Assembly: GCA_031127225.1 (NCBI GenBank)
Contig: JARIEV010000001.1
Location: forward strand, 4,930-68,929
Source of the DNA: Gemmatimonadota bacterium
GTDB taxonomy: Bacteria > Gemmatimonadota > Gemmatimonadetes > Gemmatimonadales > Gemmatimonadaceae
Length of the DNA: 64,000 nucleotides
Direction: 5' to 3'
The translations under genes and the position numbers were made by a program. Positions within the stretch are counted from its first letter, which is position 1. Each line of letters starts with the position of its first letter. The notes beneath the pieces are model-generated. The model was not told where the DNA came from, did not search any database, and saw only the letters and a program-made list of their open reading frames with translations. This document shows positions 9,801 through 17,178 of the stretch, in pieces.

Positions 9801-10830
9801 CGGTCACGGTCACGCCGAGCTGGCGCGTGTCGCCCGCGAAGATCGTCGCGGTTCCCGGGGTAACGTCCACGGCGCGCACCGCGGGCGCGACCGTTACCGC
9901 CGCGGTGCCGCGGCGCGTGGTATCGGCCACGGACACGGCCGTGACGACCGTACTCCCGATCGACACGCCTGTGACCACGCCGGTGGCGGACACCGTTGCC
10001 ACCGCGCTGTTCGCGGTGCGCCACGTGAGCGCCGTGCTGACACCCGGCTCGAGCGTCACGGTGGCGACCAGCGCACGCGTGTCGCCGGTCCCTAACGTGA
10101 GCGTGGAAGGCGTGAGCGTGATCGTGCCGGCCGAGGTCACCGTGACCGGCGCGCTCGCGGTGACGCGCGGATCGCCCACGGCGGTGGCGCGCACGACGGT
10201 GGAACCGGGAGCGACCCCTGTTACGACACCCTGCGCATTCACGGAGGCCACCGACGGATTGTCCGTGATCCATCGCAGTTCACGTAGAGCACCGACGTCG
10301 GCATCCACGGTGGCCGTGAGCGGCAGTTGGCCGCCGGTGATCACGGTCACCGCCGGCGGTGACAGCGTGATCGAGCGGATCGCGAGCACGGTGACGCTGA
10401 TTTCGAGCGACAGATCACCCGTCCGGGCGCGGACCGTGGCTTTGCCCGGTGCGCGCGCCGTGACGACGGCGGTGGTGCCGCTGCCGGCTACGTCCACGAT
10501 GGCGGGATCGGAGCTCGTCCAGCTCACCGAGACCCCCGACAACGTGATGCCCTTGGCGTCACGCGCCACCACCGTGATGGTCTGCGACGCGCCGATCGCG
10601 GCGAGATCCAGCGTGCCGACGGAGCTTTCAAATCGCGTGGGTGTGCCGCCGCTCCCGCCGGTCCCACCGCCTCCCGTCCCGGTACTGCCGCCGTCGGCGG
10701 GCGCCGCACATCCCTGGACCCCGACGGCGAACATGCCGAGCAGCAGGGGGGCGAACCAGCGGAAAGCCGTACGGCGAAGCGCCGCCGAACGCGCTACGGG
10801 TGAGCCACGGAGGAACGGCATTGCTGGCAT
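6817..10830 (-). CDS. Large surface lipoprotein: 8 Big_2 Ig-like domains plus about 14 beta-propeller blades (start uncertain)
   Basis: Lipobox VQGC; repeated V.WRSSN..VATVS..G.VT; then ~40-aa L..VWG....AVG..G...R(W/F)NG..W repeats. Confidence 0.85.
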   Translation of the reverse strand: MPAMPFLRGSPVARSAALRRTAFRWFAPLLLGMFAVGVQGCAAPADGGSTGTGGGGTGGSGGTPTRFESSVGTLDLAAIGASQTITVVARDAKGITLSGVSVSWTSSDPAIVDVAGSGTTAVVTARAPGKATVRARTGDLSLEISVTVLAIRSITLSPPAVTVITGGQLPLTATVDADVGALRELRWITDNPSVASVNAQGVVTGVAPGSTVVRATAVGDPRVTASAPVTVTSAGTITLTPSTLTLGTGDTRALVATVTLEPGVSTALTWRTANSAVATVSATGVVTGVSIGSTVVTAVSVADTTRRGTAAVTVAPAVRAVDVTPGTATIFAGDTRQLGVTVTADPGASQAVLWRSSNATVATVSSTGLVSGIASGTATITAVSAADTTKRGTSVFTVRTVAVSVSPTAATIAIGGTRTLVATVTADNGLSTAVTWRSSNPAVATVSTGGVVTGVGLGTTDVTVVSVADTTRRATASITVAPTVRTVDVTPGTATMFTGDTRQFAVTVTGDPGASQTVLWRSSSAAVATVSNTGLVSAIAPGTATITALSAADSTKRSTALVTVRAAAVSVSPTAATVGVGGTRTLVATVALDNGASTAVTWRSSNAAVATVSSGGVVTGVSLGTAAVTAVSVADTTRRATASITVAPSVRSVTVTPTASVVLAGQTVQLVPTVVADAGVSTDVSYRSSNSAVASVSAAGLVTAIASGSASIITMAVADTTRRDTTAVTVVSGLANSWAATRLGGALYEDVVSISGINASTGFAVNVLGDLFRWNGGGWSLSARGAQFGTQFVAVHGTTAATSMAVGTNGVIVRFDGTNWNAVTSGTTNRLNGIFVESSTSAFAVGANGTALRWNGSNWTVGSTGATETLTSVWASGGTAFAVGGSGTVLRFLNGSWSRQSAPTIESLTSVAGASTTSVVAVGNGGTVLSYNGTTWTQVANGGIVADLYGVTAIAPSDPRFFVASDDGLLLVVAGTLSRISTPYAPRLFAVSTDPTGALWVGGQRGSVQRRTGTTWATLALAPDLLDVWSTSPTNTWAVGEFGFVYQWNGASWSRNTTPTTVTLNAVWGASATEAFAGGDNGTMLRFNGTSWTAMSFPSSATVYGLWGSSASNVYAVTSDGAVLRFNGSVWSVATTATRALLAISGTSATNIIATGENGAAVRLAGSSWSTAPVSTTGTLAGVWAGGAGATAVGANAAGTGGIAFALSGSTWSALSTGSSRVLTSVWGTSASDLYVTGDQGTLLRYNGSAWSTLATGTTDGLTSVTGAPTGLGGAFAVGYNSTVVAGSNGGAFTTGMARALRVTRGIDLDPAVGVRSVPKPLPSGAHRRAHGGRTLR

Positions 10831-10984
10831 GGGAACGGCACGCATCGGCACAGGGCGAAGCGCGCGACCCAGTGGTGCCGGGGGCATTCCCGACGTGACA
10901 TGGCCGCGCGAGAGATCTGGTGAATCATACCCCGGATGAGCCACCCGTGCCCGGGAGGCGCCATCTGCCGTGGCCCACCATGAC

Positions 10985-13933
10985 TTAGCGCGACGAACGC
11001 CGCTTGCGCGCGGCGCCGCTGGGCAGCGCACCACGCCGCACGGCGGCCCGCGCCGACGGCTCGAGCGTGCCTGGGATCGCGTCGTCGCCGCCGCCCGTCG
11101 CGCCGGCGCGGAGGGCGCTGGTCGCGCCCGCGACGATCGTGCTGTTGAGCCCCACGGCGAAGGCGCCACCCGAGGCATTCGGCGCGCCCGAGACGCTCCA
11201 GAGCAGGTCGCCGGTACCCGTAGGAATCGACGACCACGTGCTGCCGTCGTAGCGCAGCAGGGTGCCCAGATCACCCGTGGCGTAGAGGTCGAACGCACTC
11301 GCCCCCCACAGCGCCGTCAGTCCCGGCGTCGCGCCCACCGCCAGCGTGCTCCAGGCCGACCCGTTGTAGCGGAGTGCCACGCCGGCGTTGCCGGCCACGT
11401 TCGCCCCGACCGTGAGCACCTGCGTCCCGCCGGTCAGCCACACACCAGCCATGGTGCCGGAGGTCAGGGGCAGCGTCGTCGGCGTGGCGCCGCTCACGCG
11501 GAGTACGGTCCCGCCTTCGCCGGCGGCGTAGACATCGTTGGCGGAGGCGCCGAACACCGACCAAAGGGGCGCCCCGCCGAACACCGCGACGCGCCACACC
11601 GATCCGTTGAATTGCAGCACTTCGCCCGCCTTGGTGGTCGCGTACACGTTGCTGCTGTTCACGCCCCAGAGCGCGGACACCGTGCTGCTCGAGGGGAACG
11701 TCATCGCGGTCCACGTCGAGCCGTTCCAGCGCAGCATCGTGCCCCGCTCACCGCCAATGAAGCCGTCCCCGGCGGCGGTGCCCCACACGGTGGTCAGGGT
11801 GGCCTGCGTCGGGGAGGCCAGCTTGGTCCAGCTGCTGCCGTTCCAGCGATAGATGAAGCCGAACTCGCCCACGGCGAACGCGTTGCTGGCCGCCGTGGTC
11901 CACACATCGAGCAGGTCGGGGACGAGATTGTTGGTGCTCCACGTGGCGCCCCCGCCGTCGGCGCTGCGCATCACCGCACCGCGGGCGCCGCTGGCCCACG
12001 CGGTGCCCGTGGCATCGACGCTGATGCCGAACATCTGCGGCGCGTATGGCGTGTTCACCACGGTCGCGATTCCCGCGTCCACCTGACCCACGCCGCCCTC
12101 TCCCACGAAATAGCGTCGGCCGCCGTTCGCCGCGGAACCGCTGACCTGGTAGAGTGAGCCACTGAATCCCCCCACGCCCAGCGTACTCCACACGGTGCCG
12201 TTCCAGCGCAGCAGCGTGCCGTTGGAGCCGACCACCACCACATCGGTGGCGCTGAGCCCGTGCACGCCGTACAGCGCTTCACCACTCGGGACCGTGACGC
12301 GCGCCCATGCGCCGGCGGTGCGCCGCAGCACCTCGCCGTCCGATCCGACCGCGTAGGCCACGTTGTCGCCGGCCCATACCCCCTGCAGCGTCCGCGTGGA
12401 GCCGCTGGTCTCAGTGCTCCACGTGTTGGTCGCCAGCCGCAGAATGGTGCCGTTGACGCCGACCGCCCAGGCCGTAGTCGCACTCTCGACCCACACGGCG
12501 TTGAGGGCCCGCGTGGTCCCCGAGGTCATCGTGCTCCACGCGGTGCCGTTCCAGCGCGCAATCGCGCCGTTGAGCCCCACCGCGATCACGTTGGTGGCGG
12601 ACGACGCATGCACCGCGAGGTAGTCGGCAGTGCTGCCGAGCGAGAGCGCCCACGCGGTGCCGTTCCACCGGTAGATGTCGCCGGCCACGTCCACGGCGAA
12701 CGCGTCGGTGGCGCTGACGGCGACGATCGACGGGACATCGTCACGGAGCGCCCCGCCGAGGCGGGACGCACTCCACGCCGTGGCCAACCGCGGCACGACG
12801 CTCACCGTGACGGTGTCGCGCTTCGTCGGGTCTGCCGTGGAGGTGGCGGTGATGAGCGCGCTGCCGAGCGATACACCGGACACAACACCTTGCGCCGTGA
12901 TCGACACGACCGAGCTTGCCCCCGAACTCCACGCCACGCCCGTCCCGATGCCGGGATCGGCGCTCACAGTGCCCGTGAGCGCGAGACTGGTGCCGGGGTT
13001 GAGCCCGACGTTGCGCTGCGTGATGCTCACGCTGGTGGTGCGCGGCGTCACGGTGATGACGCTGGTGGCGCGACGCGTGGTATCGACGGTGGAGAGCACG
13101 GTGATCGTGCTCGTGCCGAACCCGACGGCGGTGACCACGCCGCTGGCATTCACGGTGGCGGCGGCGGGATTGCTCGAGCGCCACGCGACCGTCTGGGCCA
13201 GACCGGCATCGGCCGTGACCGTGACCGTGAGGGGTTGCGTCATCCCGATGAACAGCGCCGCGGTGGGCGGGGTGACCGTGACGGCACGGATGGCCGGCAC
13301 CACACTCACCGCGACGGTGGCACGCACCGTGGTGTCCGCGACGGCCACGGCGGTGATCGTCGCCACGCCCGGTGCGACGCCGGCCACCACACCCGTCGCG
13401 GACACGGTCGCGATGGCGGCGGCACTGGTGCGCCACGAGATCGTAGTGGCCTGCCCGGGATCGAGGCGCACGGTGGCGAGCAGCGCCTGCGTCTGGCCTG
13501 CGCCAAGCGTGACTGTGGTCGGCGTCACGGTCATCCCGCGCACCGATTGCACCGTGATCGTGGCGGTCCCACTCACCTTCGCGTCGGCCGTCGACGTGGC
13601 GCGGATGGTGGCAGTGCCCACCGCGATCGCGGTCACGGTGCCGGTGCTGCTCACCGTCGCGACGGCGGGCGCCTCACTGGTCCATGACACGCCGGTCCCG
13701 GCCCCGATCGCCGCGTCCACCACGGCGCTCAAGGGCTGCGCCTCGCCGATGCGGATGGTGGTTGCGACGGGCGAGACCGCCACGCTCCGCACGGTCGGCG
13801 GAGCGGTCACCACCGGCGGGCCGGCGGTCTCCCCGCCGCTGCAGGCGGTCACGGCCACGGCAACCGCGGCCCGCAGCCAGCGCACGCCGATGACGGAGCG
13901 ACAAATGGATGACAACCGATGGGCGGAGGGCAT
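10985..13933 (-). CDS. Paralogous surface lipoprotein: 4 Big_2 Ig-like domains plus about 14 propeller blades
   Basis: Lipobox VTAC; same repeat types and colinear similarity to the adjacent gene (PDLLDVW, AVGEFGF, TPYAP). Confidence 0.85.
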   Translation of the reverse strand: MPSAHRLSSICRSVIGVRWLRAAVAVAVTACSGGETAGPPVVTAPPTVRSVAVSPVATTIRIGEAQPLSAVVDAAIGAGTGVSWTSEAPAVATVSSTGTVTAIAVGTATIRATSTADAKVSGTATITVQSVRGMTVTPTTVTLGAGQTQALLATVRLDPGQATTISWRTSAAAIATVSATGVVAGVAPGVATITAVAVADTTVRATVAVSVVPAIRAVTVTPPTAALFIGMTQPLTVTVTADAGLAQTVAWRSSNPAAATVNASGVVTAVGFGTSTITVLSTVDTTRRATSVITVTPRTTSVSITQRNVGLNPGTSLALTGTVSADPGIGTGVAWSSGASSVVSITAQGVVSGVSLGSALITATSTADPTKRDTVTVSVVPRLATAWSASRLGGALRDDVPSIVAVSATDAFAVDVAGDIYRWNGTAWALSLGSTADYLAVHASSATNVIAVGLNGAIARWNGTAWSTMTSGTTRALNAVWVESATTAWAVGVNGTILRLATNTWSTETSGSTRTLQGVWAGDNVAYAVGSDGEVLRRTAGAWARVTVPSGEALYGVHGLSATDVVVVGSNGTLLRWNGTVWSTLGVGGFSGSLYQVSGSAANGGRRYFVGEGGVGQVDAGIATVVNTPYAPQMFGISVDATGTAWASGARGAVMRSADGGGATWSTNNLVPDLLDVWTTAASNAFAVGEFGFIYRWNGSSWTKLASPTQATLTTVWGTAAGDGFIGGERGTMLRWNGSTWTAMTFPSSSTVSALWGVNSSNVYATTKAGEVLQFNGSVWRVAVFGGAPLWSVFGASANDVYAAGEGGTVLRVSGATPTTLPLTSGTMAGVWLTGGTQVLTVGANVAGNAGVALRYNGSAWSTLAVGATPGLTALWGASAFDLYATGDLGTLLRYDGSTWSSIPTGTGDLLWSVSGAPNASGGAFAVGLNSTIVAGATSALRAGATGGGDDAIPGTLEPSARAAVRRGALPSGAARKRRSSR

Positions 13934-13963
13934 AGTGGTGTGAGACAGCGGCCGGGGGAGTCG

Positions 13964-13992
13964 CGGGCACCCCATACAGCGGGGCACCCGCA
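13964..13992 (-). terminator. GC-rich hairpin immediately 3' of aspA
   Basis: On the minus strand GCGGGTGCCCC-7nt-GGGGTGCCCGC pairs with two G.U wobbles; no U-tract. Confidence 0.4.
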
Positions 13993-13997
13993 GGCGG

Positions 13998-15902
13998 TTA
14001 TACCGACGGAACGGTGACGGTGCTGAATTCCTGCGTCGTCCGCGGCGCGGTCATCGCCGCCGGGTTGAGGATCTCGTCGAGCTGTTCGCGGGTCAGCAGC
14101 CCGCGCTCCAGCACGAGCTCAAACACGCCACGCCCGCTCGCGAGGGCGGTCTTGGCGATGTCGGTGGCGACCTCGTACCCCAGCACGGGCACGAGCGCCG
14201 TCACGATGCCGATGGAATGCTCCACGAAGAAGCGCATGCGGTCGGCGTTGGCGGTGATGCCGGTGACACACCGTTCGCGCAGCACGAGACAGGCGTTCCG
14301 CAGCATGTCGATGCCGCGCAGCAGCCGATACGCGATGATCGGTTCGAAGGCGTTGAGCTGTAGCTGTCCGGCCTCGGCCGCCATCGTGACGGTGACATCG
14401 CCGCCGATCACGTCAAAGCACACCTGATTGACCACTTCGGGAATGACGGGGTTCACCTTGCCGGGCATGATCGACGACCCGGGCTGCATGGCCGGCAAGT
14501 TGATCTCGCCGAATCCGGCGCGCGGGCCCGACGAGAGCAGGCGCAGGTCGTTGCAGATTTTCGAGAGCTTGGTGGCGGTGCGTTTCATGACGCCCGACAG
14601 CTGCACGAAGGCGCCGGTATCACTGGTGGCCTCCACGAGATCGGGCGCGGTGATCACCGGGACCTCAGCGATGCGTGCCAGGTGCCGGCACGCGAGTTCC
14701 GCGTAGCCCGGCGGGGCGTTGATGCCGGTGCCGATCGCCGTGGCGCCAAGGTTGATCTCGCGGATCAGCGACTGCGCCTCGGCCAACCGCTCGACGTCTT
14801 CCTGCAGCGTGTGCGCGAACGCCATGAACTCCTGTCCCAGCGTCATCGGCACGGCGTCCTGCATCTGGGTGCGCCCCATCTTGATCAACGGCGCGAACTC
14901 GACGCCCTTCGCGCCGAAGGCATCGGCCAACCGCGCGAGCTCGGCGCGGAAACCCGATAGGCTCGTGTGCAGCGCGATCCGGACGGCCGTGGGATACACG
15001 TCGTTGGTGGACTGGCTGAGGTTCACGTGATCATTGGGGGAGATCACATCGTACGCGCCCCGCTGCTGGTTGCTGAGTTCGAGGGCGCGATTCGCGATTA
15101 CTTCGTTGGCGTTCATGTTGGTGGAGGTGCCAGCCCCTCCCTGAATCATGTCCACCAGAAAATGCTCGTGATGTCGTCCGGCGCGTATTTCACGGGCGGC
15201 GCGGATGATCACATCGGCGTGCTCGTCGCCCAGCAGCCCGAGCTCGTGATTGGTCTGGGCCGCCGCCTCTTTGACCGCGGCCAGCGACTCGATCAGCACG
15301 GGAAACTCACGCAGGGGAATGCCCGTGATCGGGAAATTTTCGAGCGCGCGCAGCGTCTGCACGCCGTACAGGGCCTCGTACGGCACCTCGCGGTCTCCGA
15401 GCAGGTCGTGTTCGGTGCGCGTGCGATGGCCGCCAAACCCGAGGGTGCGGCCACGGCCCACGAGCGTGGCATCGGCCCGGCGCAGCCGCATGGAAATCGC
15501 GCGCGCCGCCCGCGCCACGAGCGCCGCGTACAGCTGCGGCGCTTCGCGGGTGATGTCGTCGAGCTGTGCGCGGGCGAGGATCATGGCGATGCCCGGCATG
15601 ATGGCGCGCGCCGTCGTGCCGTGCGCCGAGTCGTCGAGCAGCAGCCCTTCGCCCACCGCCTCGCCGGCGCCGAGGGTCACGAGGCGCGTGGAGCGGCCGT
15701 CGGAGGACTTTTCGATCGCGACCGCGCCGCTGATCAGAATGGCGAACCGCTGCCGGGGTTCCCCCTCGGCAAAGAGCGTTTCGTCGGGGACGAGGGTGTG
15801 CGGCGTCACGTGCCGCGACAGCTTCCAAAGGTGCGCGTCGGTGAAGCCCTCGAGGAACGAGGTGGCGCGCAGTGCGTCGGCGATTTCGGCCGGAGAAGTC
15901 AT
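13998..15902 (-). CDS. aspA: Aspartate ammonia-lyase with an N-terminal cyclic-nucleotide-binding (cNMP/CAP_ED) domain
   Basis: GSSIMPGKVNP signature, KMGRTQMQDA, QGGAGTSTNMNANEV; N-terminal ~145 aa LFAEGE...ILISGAV...LGAGEAVGE. Confidence 0.92.
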   Translation of the reverse strand: MTSPAEIADALRATSFLEGFTDAHLWKLSRHVTPHTLVPDETLFAEGEPRQRFAILISGAVAIEKSSDGRSTRLVTLGAGEAVGEGLLLDDSAHGTTARAIMPGIAMILARAQLDDITREAPQLYAALVARAARAISMRLRRADATLVGRGRTLGFGGHRTRTEHDLLGDREVPYEALYGVQTLRALENFPITGIPLREFPVLIESLAAVKEAAAQTNHELGLLGDEHADVIIRAAREIRAGRHHEHFLVDMIQGGAGTSTNMNANEVIANRALELSNQQRGAYDVISPNDHVNLSQSTNDVYPTAVRIALHTSLSGFRAELARLADAFGAKGVEFAPLIKMGRTQMQDAVPMTLGQEFMAFAHTLQEDVERLAEAQSLIREINLGATAIGTGINAPPGYAELACRHLARIAEVPVITAPDLVEATSDTGAFVQLSGVMKRTATKLSKICNDLRLLSSGPRAGFGEINLPAMQPGSSIMPGKVNPVIPEVVNQVCFDVIGGDVTVTMAAEAGQLQLNAFEPIIAYRLLRGIDMLRNACLVLRERCVTGITANADRMRFFVEHSIGIVTALVPVLGYEVATDIAKTALASGRGVFELVLERGLLTREQLDEILNPAAMTAPRTTQEFSTVTVPSV

Positions 15903-16053
15903 GGGGGGGAGTCGGAGTGGGTCCTGCTGTAGGGAAGGTGCCCGTCCGTACCGCCTCTCGCCACCGGTCGTGCGCGGCGATATCGTCGGGCATCGCCTTT
16001 CCTGACCATTTCCGGTCCCACGCCGTCACCCGGCCCCGTTTCCGAGTCTTCCC

Positions 16054-17106
16054 GTGCCCGTGTCCCGTCGTGACTTTCTCGAGCGCTCTGCCGCGCTCGC
16101 GGCCGCCGGCTTCGTGCCGCGCCTTCCTGACGACCTGCTGGGCGCCGCGGCGCCGGTGACGGCCGCACCCACGGCCTGGCACGGTCGGGGACGCCCGCTG
16201 GTGGTCTCGTCGTCCAACGGCATCAAAGGGGTGCGGGTCGCCTATGACCGCATGCTCGCCGGCGAGGACCCGCTGGACGCGGCCATTGCGGGGGTGAACC
16301 TCGTGGAGCTCGACCCCACCGATCAGTCGGTGGGGCTGGGCGGGCTCCCGAACGAGGAAGGCGTGGTCCAGCTGGATGCCTCCTGCATGCACGGCCCCAC
16401 GCGCCGCGCGGGCTCGGTGGCGGCGATCGAGGGGATCGCGACCCCCTCGCTCGTGGCCAAGGCGGTGATGGACTATACCGACCACGTGATGCTGGTCGGC
16501 GCCGGCGCCACCAAGTTCGCCAAGGCGATGGGGTTCAAGGAGCAGAACCTGCTCACGGAGCAGTCACGCCAGGACTGGATGCGCTGGAAATCGCGTCTGA
16601 ATGCCAACGACGCGTGGCTCGATCACGACGACGACATCAAGATCAAGTTCACGACGGGCACCATCAACATGAACGCCGTGAATGGGGCGGGCGACATCGG
16701 CTCAGTCACCACCACCAGCGGCATGGCGTGGAAGGTGCCGGGTCGCATCGGCGACTCGCCGGTGATCGGCGCCGGGCAGTACTGCGACAACCTCGTGGGT
16801 GCCGCCGGCAGCACAGGACGCGGCGAAGCGAACATCAAGACCTGCGCGTCGTTCCTGATCGTGGAGTTCATGCGGCAGGGCCTCGGACCGCAGGAGGCCT
16901 GTCTCAAGACCCTCGAGCGCGTGGTGGCCATGACGGAAACGCGTCTCATGGGCCCGAACGGCCGCCCCAAGTTCGACCTCGAGTTCTACGCGCTCACGAA
17001 GGACGGCCGCTTCGGCGGCGCTACGCTGTATTCGGGTGGGAAGTTCGCGGTGTGCGACGAGAAGGGGGCGCGGCTGGAGGAGGCGGCGTATCTCTTCCGT
17101 CGGTAG
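16054..17106 (+). CDS. Ntn-hydrolase asparaginase 2 family (N4-(beta-N-acetylglucosaminyl)-L-asparaginase-like), Tat-exported
   Basis: SRRDFL Tat motif; SVGLGGLP...QLDASCM, TTTSG..KVPGRIGDSP, STGRGE. Confidence 0.88.
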   Translation: MPVSRRDFLERSAALAAAGFVPRLPDDLLGAAAPVTAAPTAWHGRGRPLVVSSSNGIKGVRVAYDRMLAGEDPLDAAIAGVNLVELDPTDQSVGLGGLPNEEGVVQLDASCMHGPTRRAGSVAAIEGIATPSLVAKAVMDYTDHVMLVGAGATKFAKAMGFKEQNLLTEQSRQDWMRWKSRLNANDAWLDHDDDIKIKFTTGTINMNAVNGAGDIGSVTTTSGMAWKVPGRIGDSPVIGAGQYCDNLVGAAGSTGRGEANIKTCASFLIVEFMRQGLGPQEACLKTLERVVAMTETRLMGPNGRPKFDLEFYALTKDGRFGGATLYSGGKFAVCDEKGARLEEAAYLFRR

Positions 17107-17107
17107 A

Positions 17108-17163
17108 AAACGGCCAACTGCGTAGGCGGGAGTTCAAGAGTGCTCCCTAAGCCGTTGGCCGTT
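17108..17163. repeat. Intergenic imperfect inverted repeat (REP-like)
   Basis: AACGGCCAAC...GTTGGCCGTT arms; the 14-mer AAACGGCCAACTGC matches the reverse complement of 44868-44881. Confidence 0.65.
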
Positions 17164-17178
17164 GCAGTAAGTTGCGGT

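Noticed and set aside
8786-10939. 717-aa plus-strand ORF and similar long antisense ORFs (12675-13943, 18607-20682, 20805-22616, 39022-40764)
   Set aside because: Antisense shadows of well-supported genes, as expected in high-GC DNA; no independent motifs
6817-13933. Diversity-generating retroelement targeting the Ig-like proteins
   Set aside because: No reverse transcriptase and no template/variable repeat pair with adenine-specific differences seen
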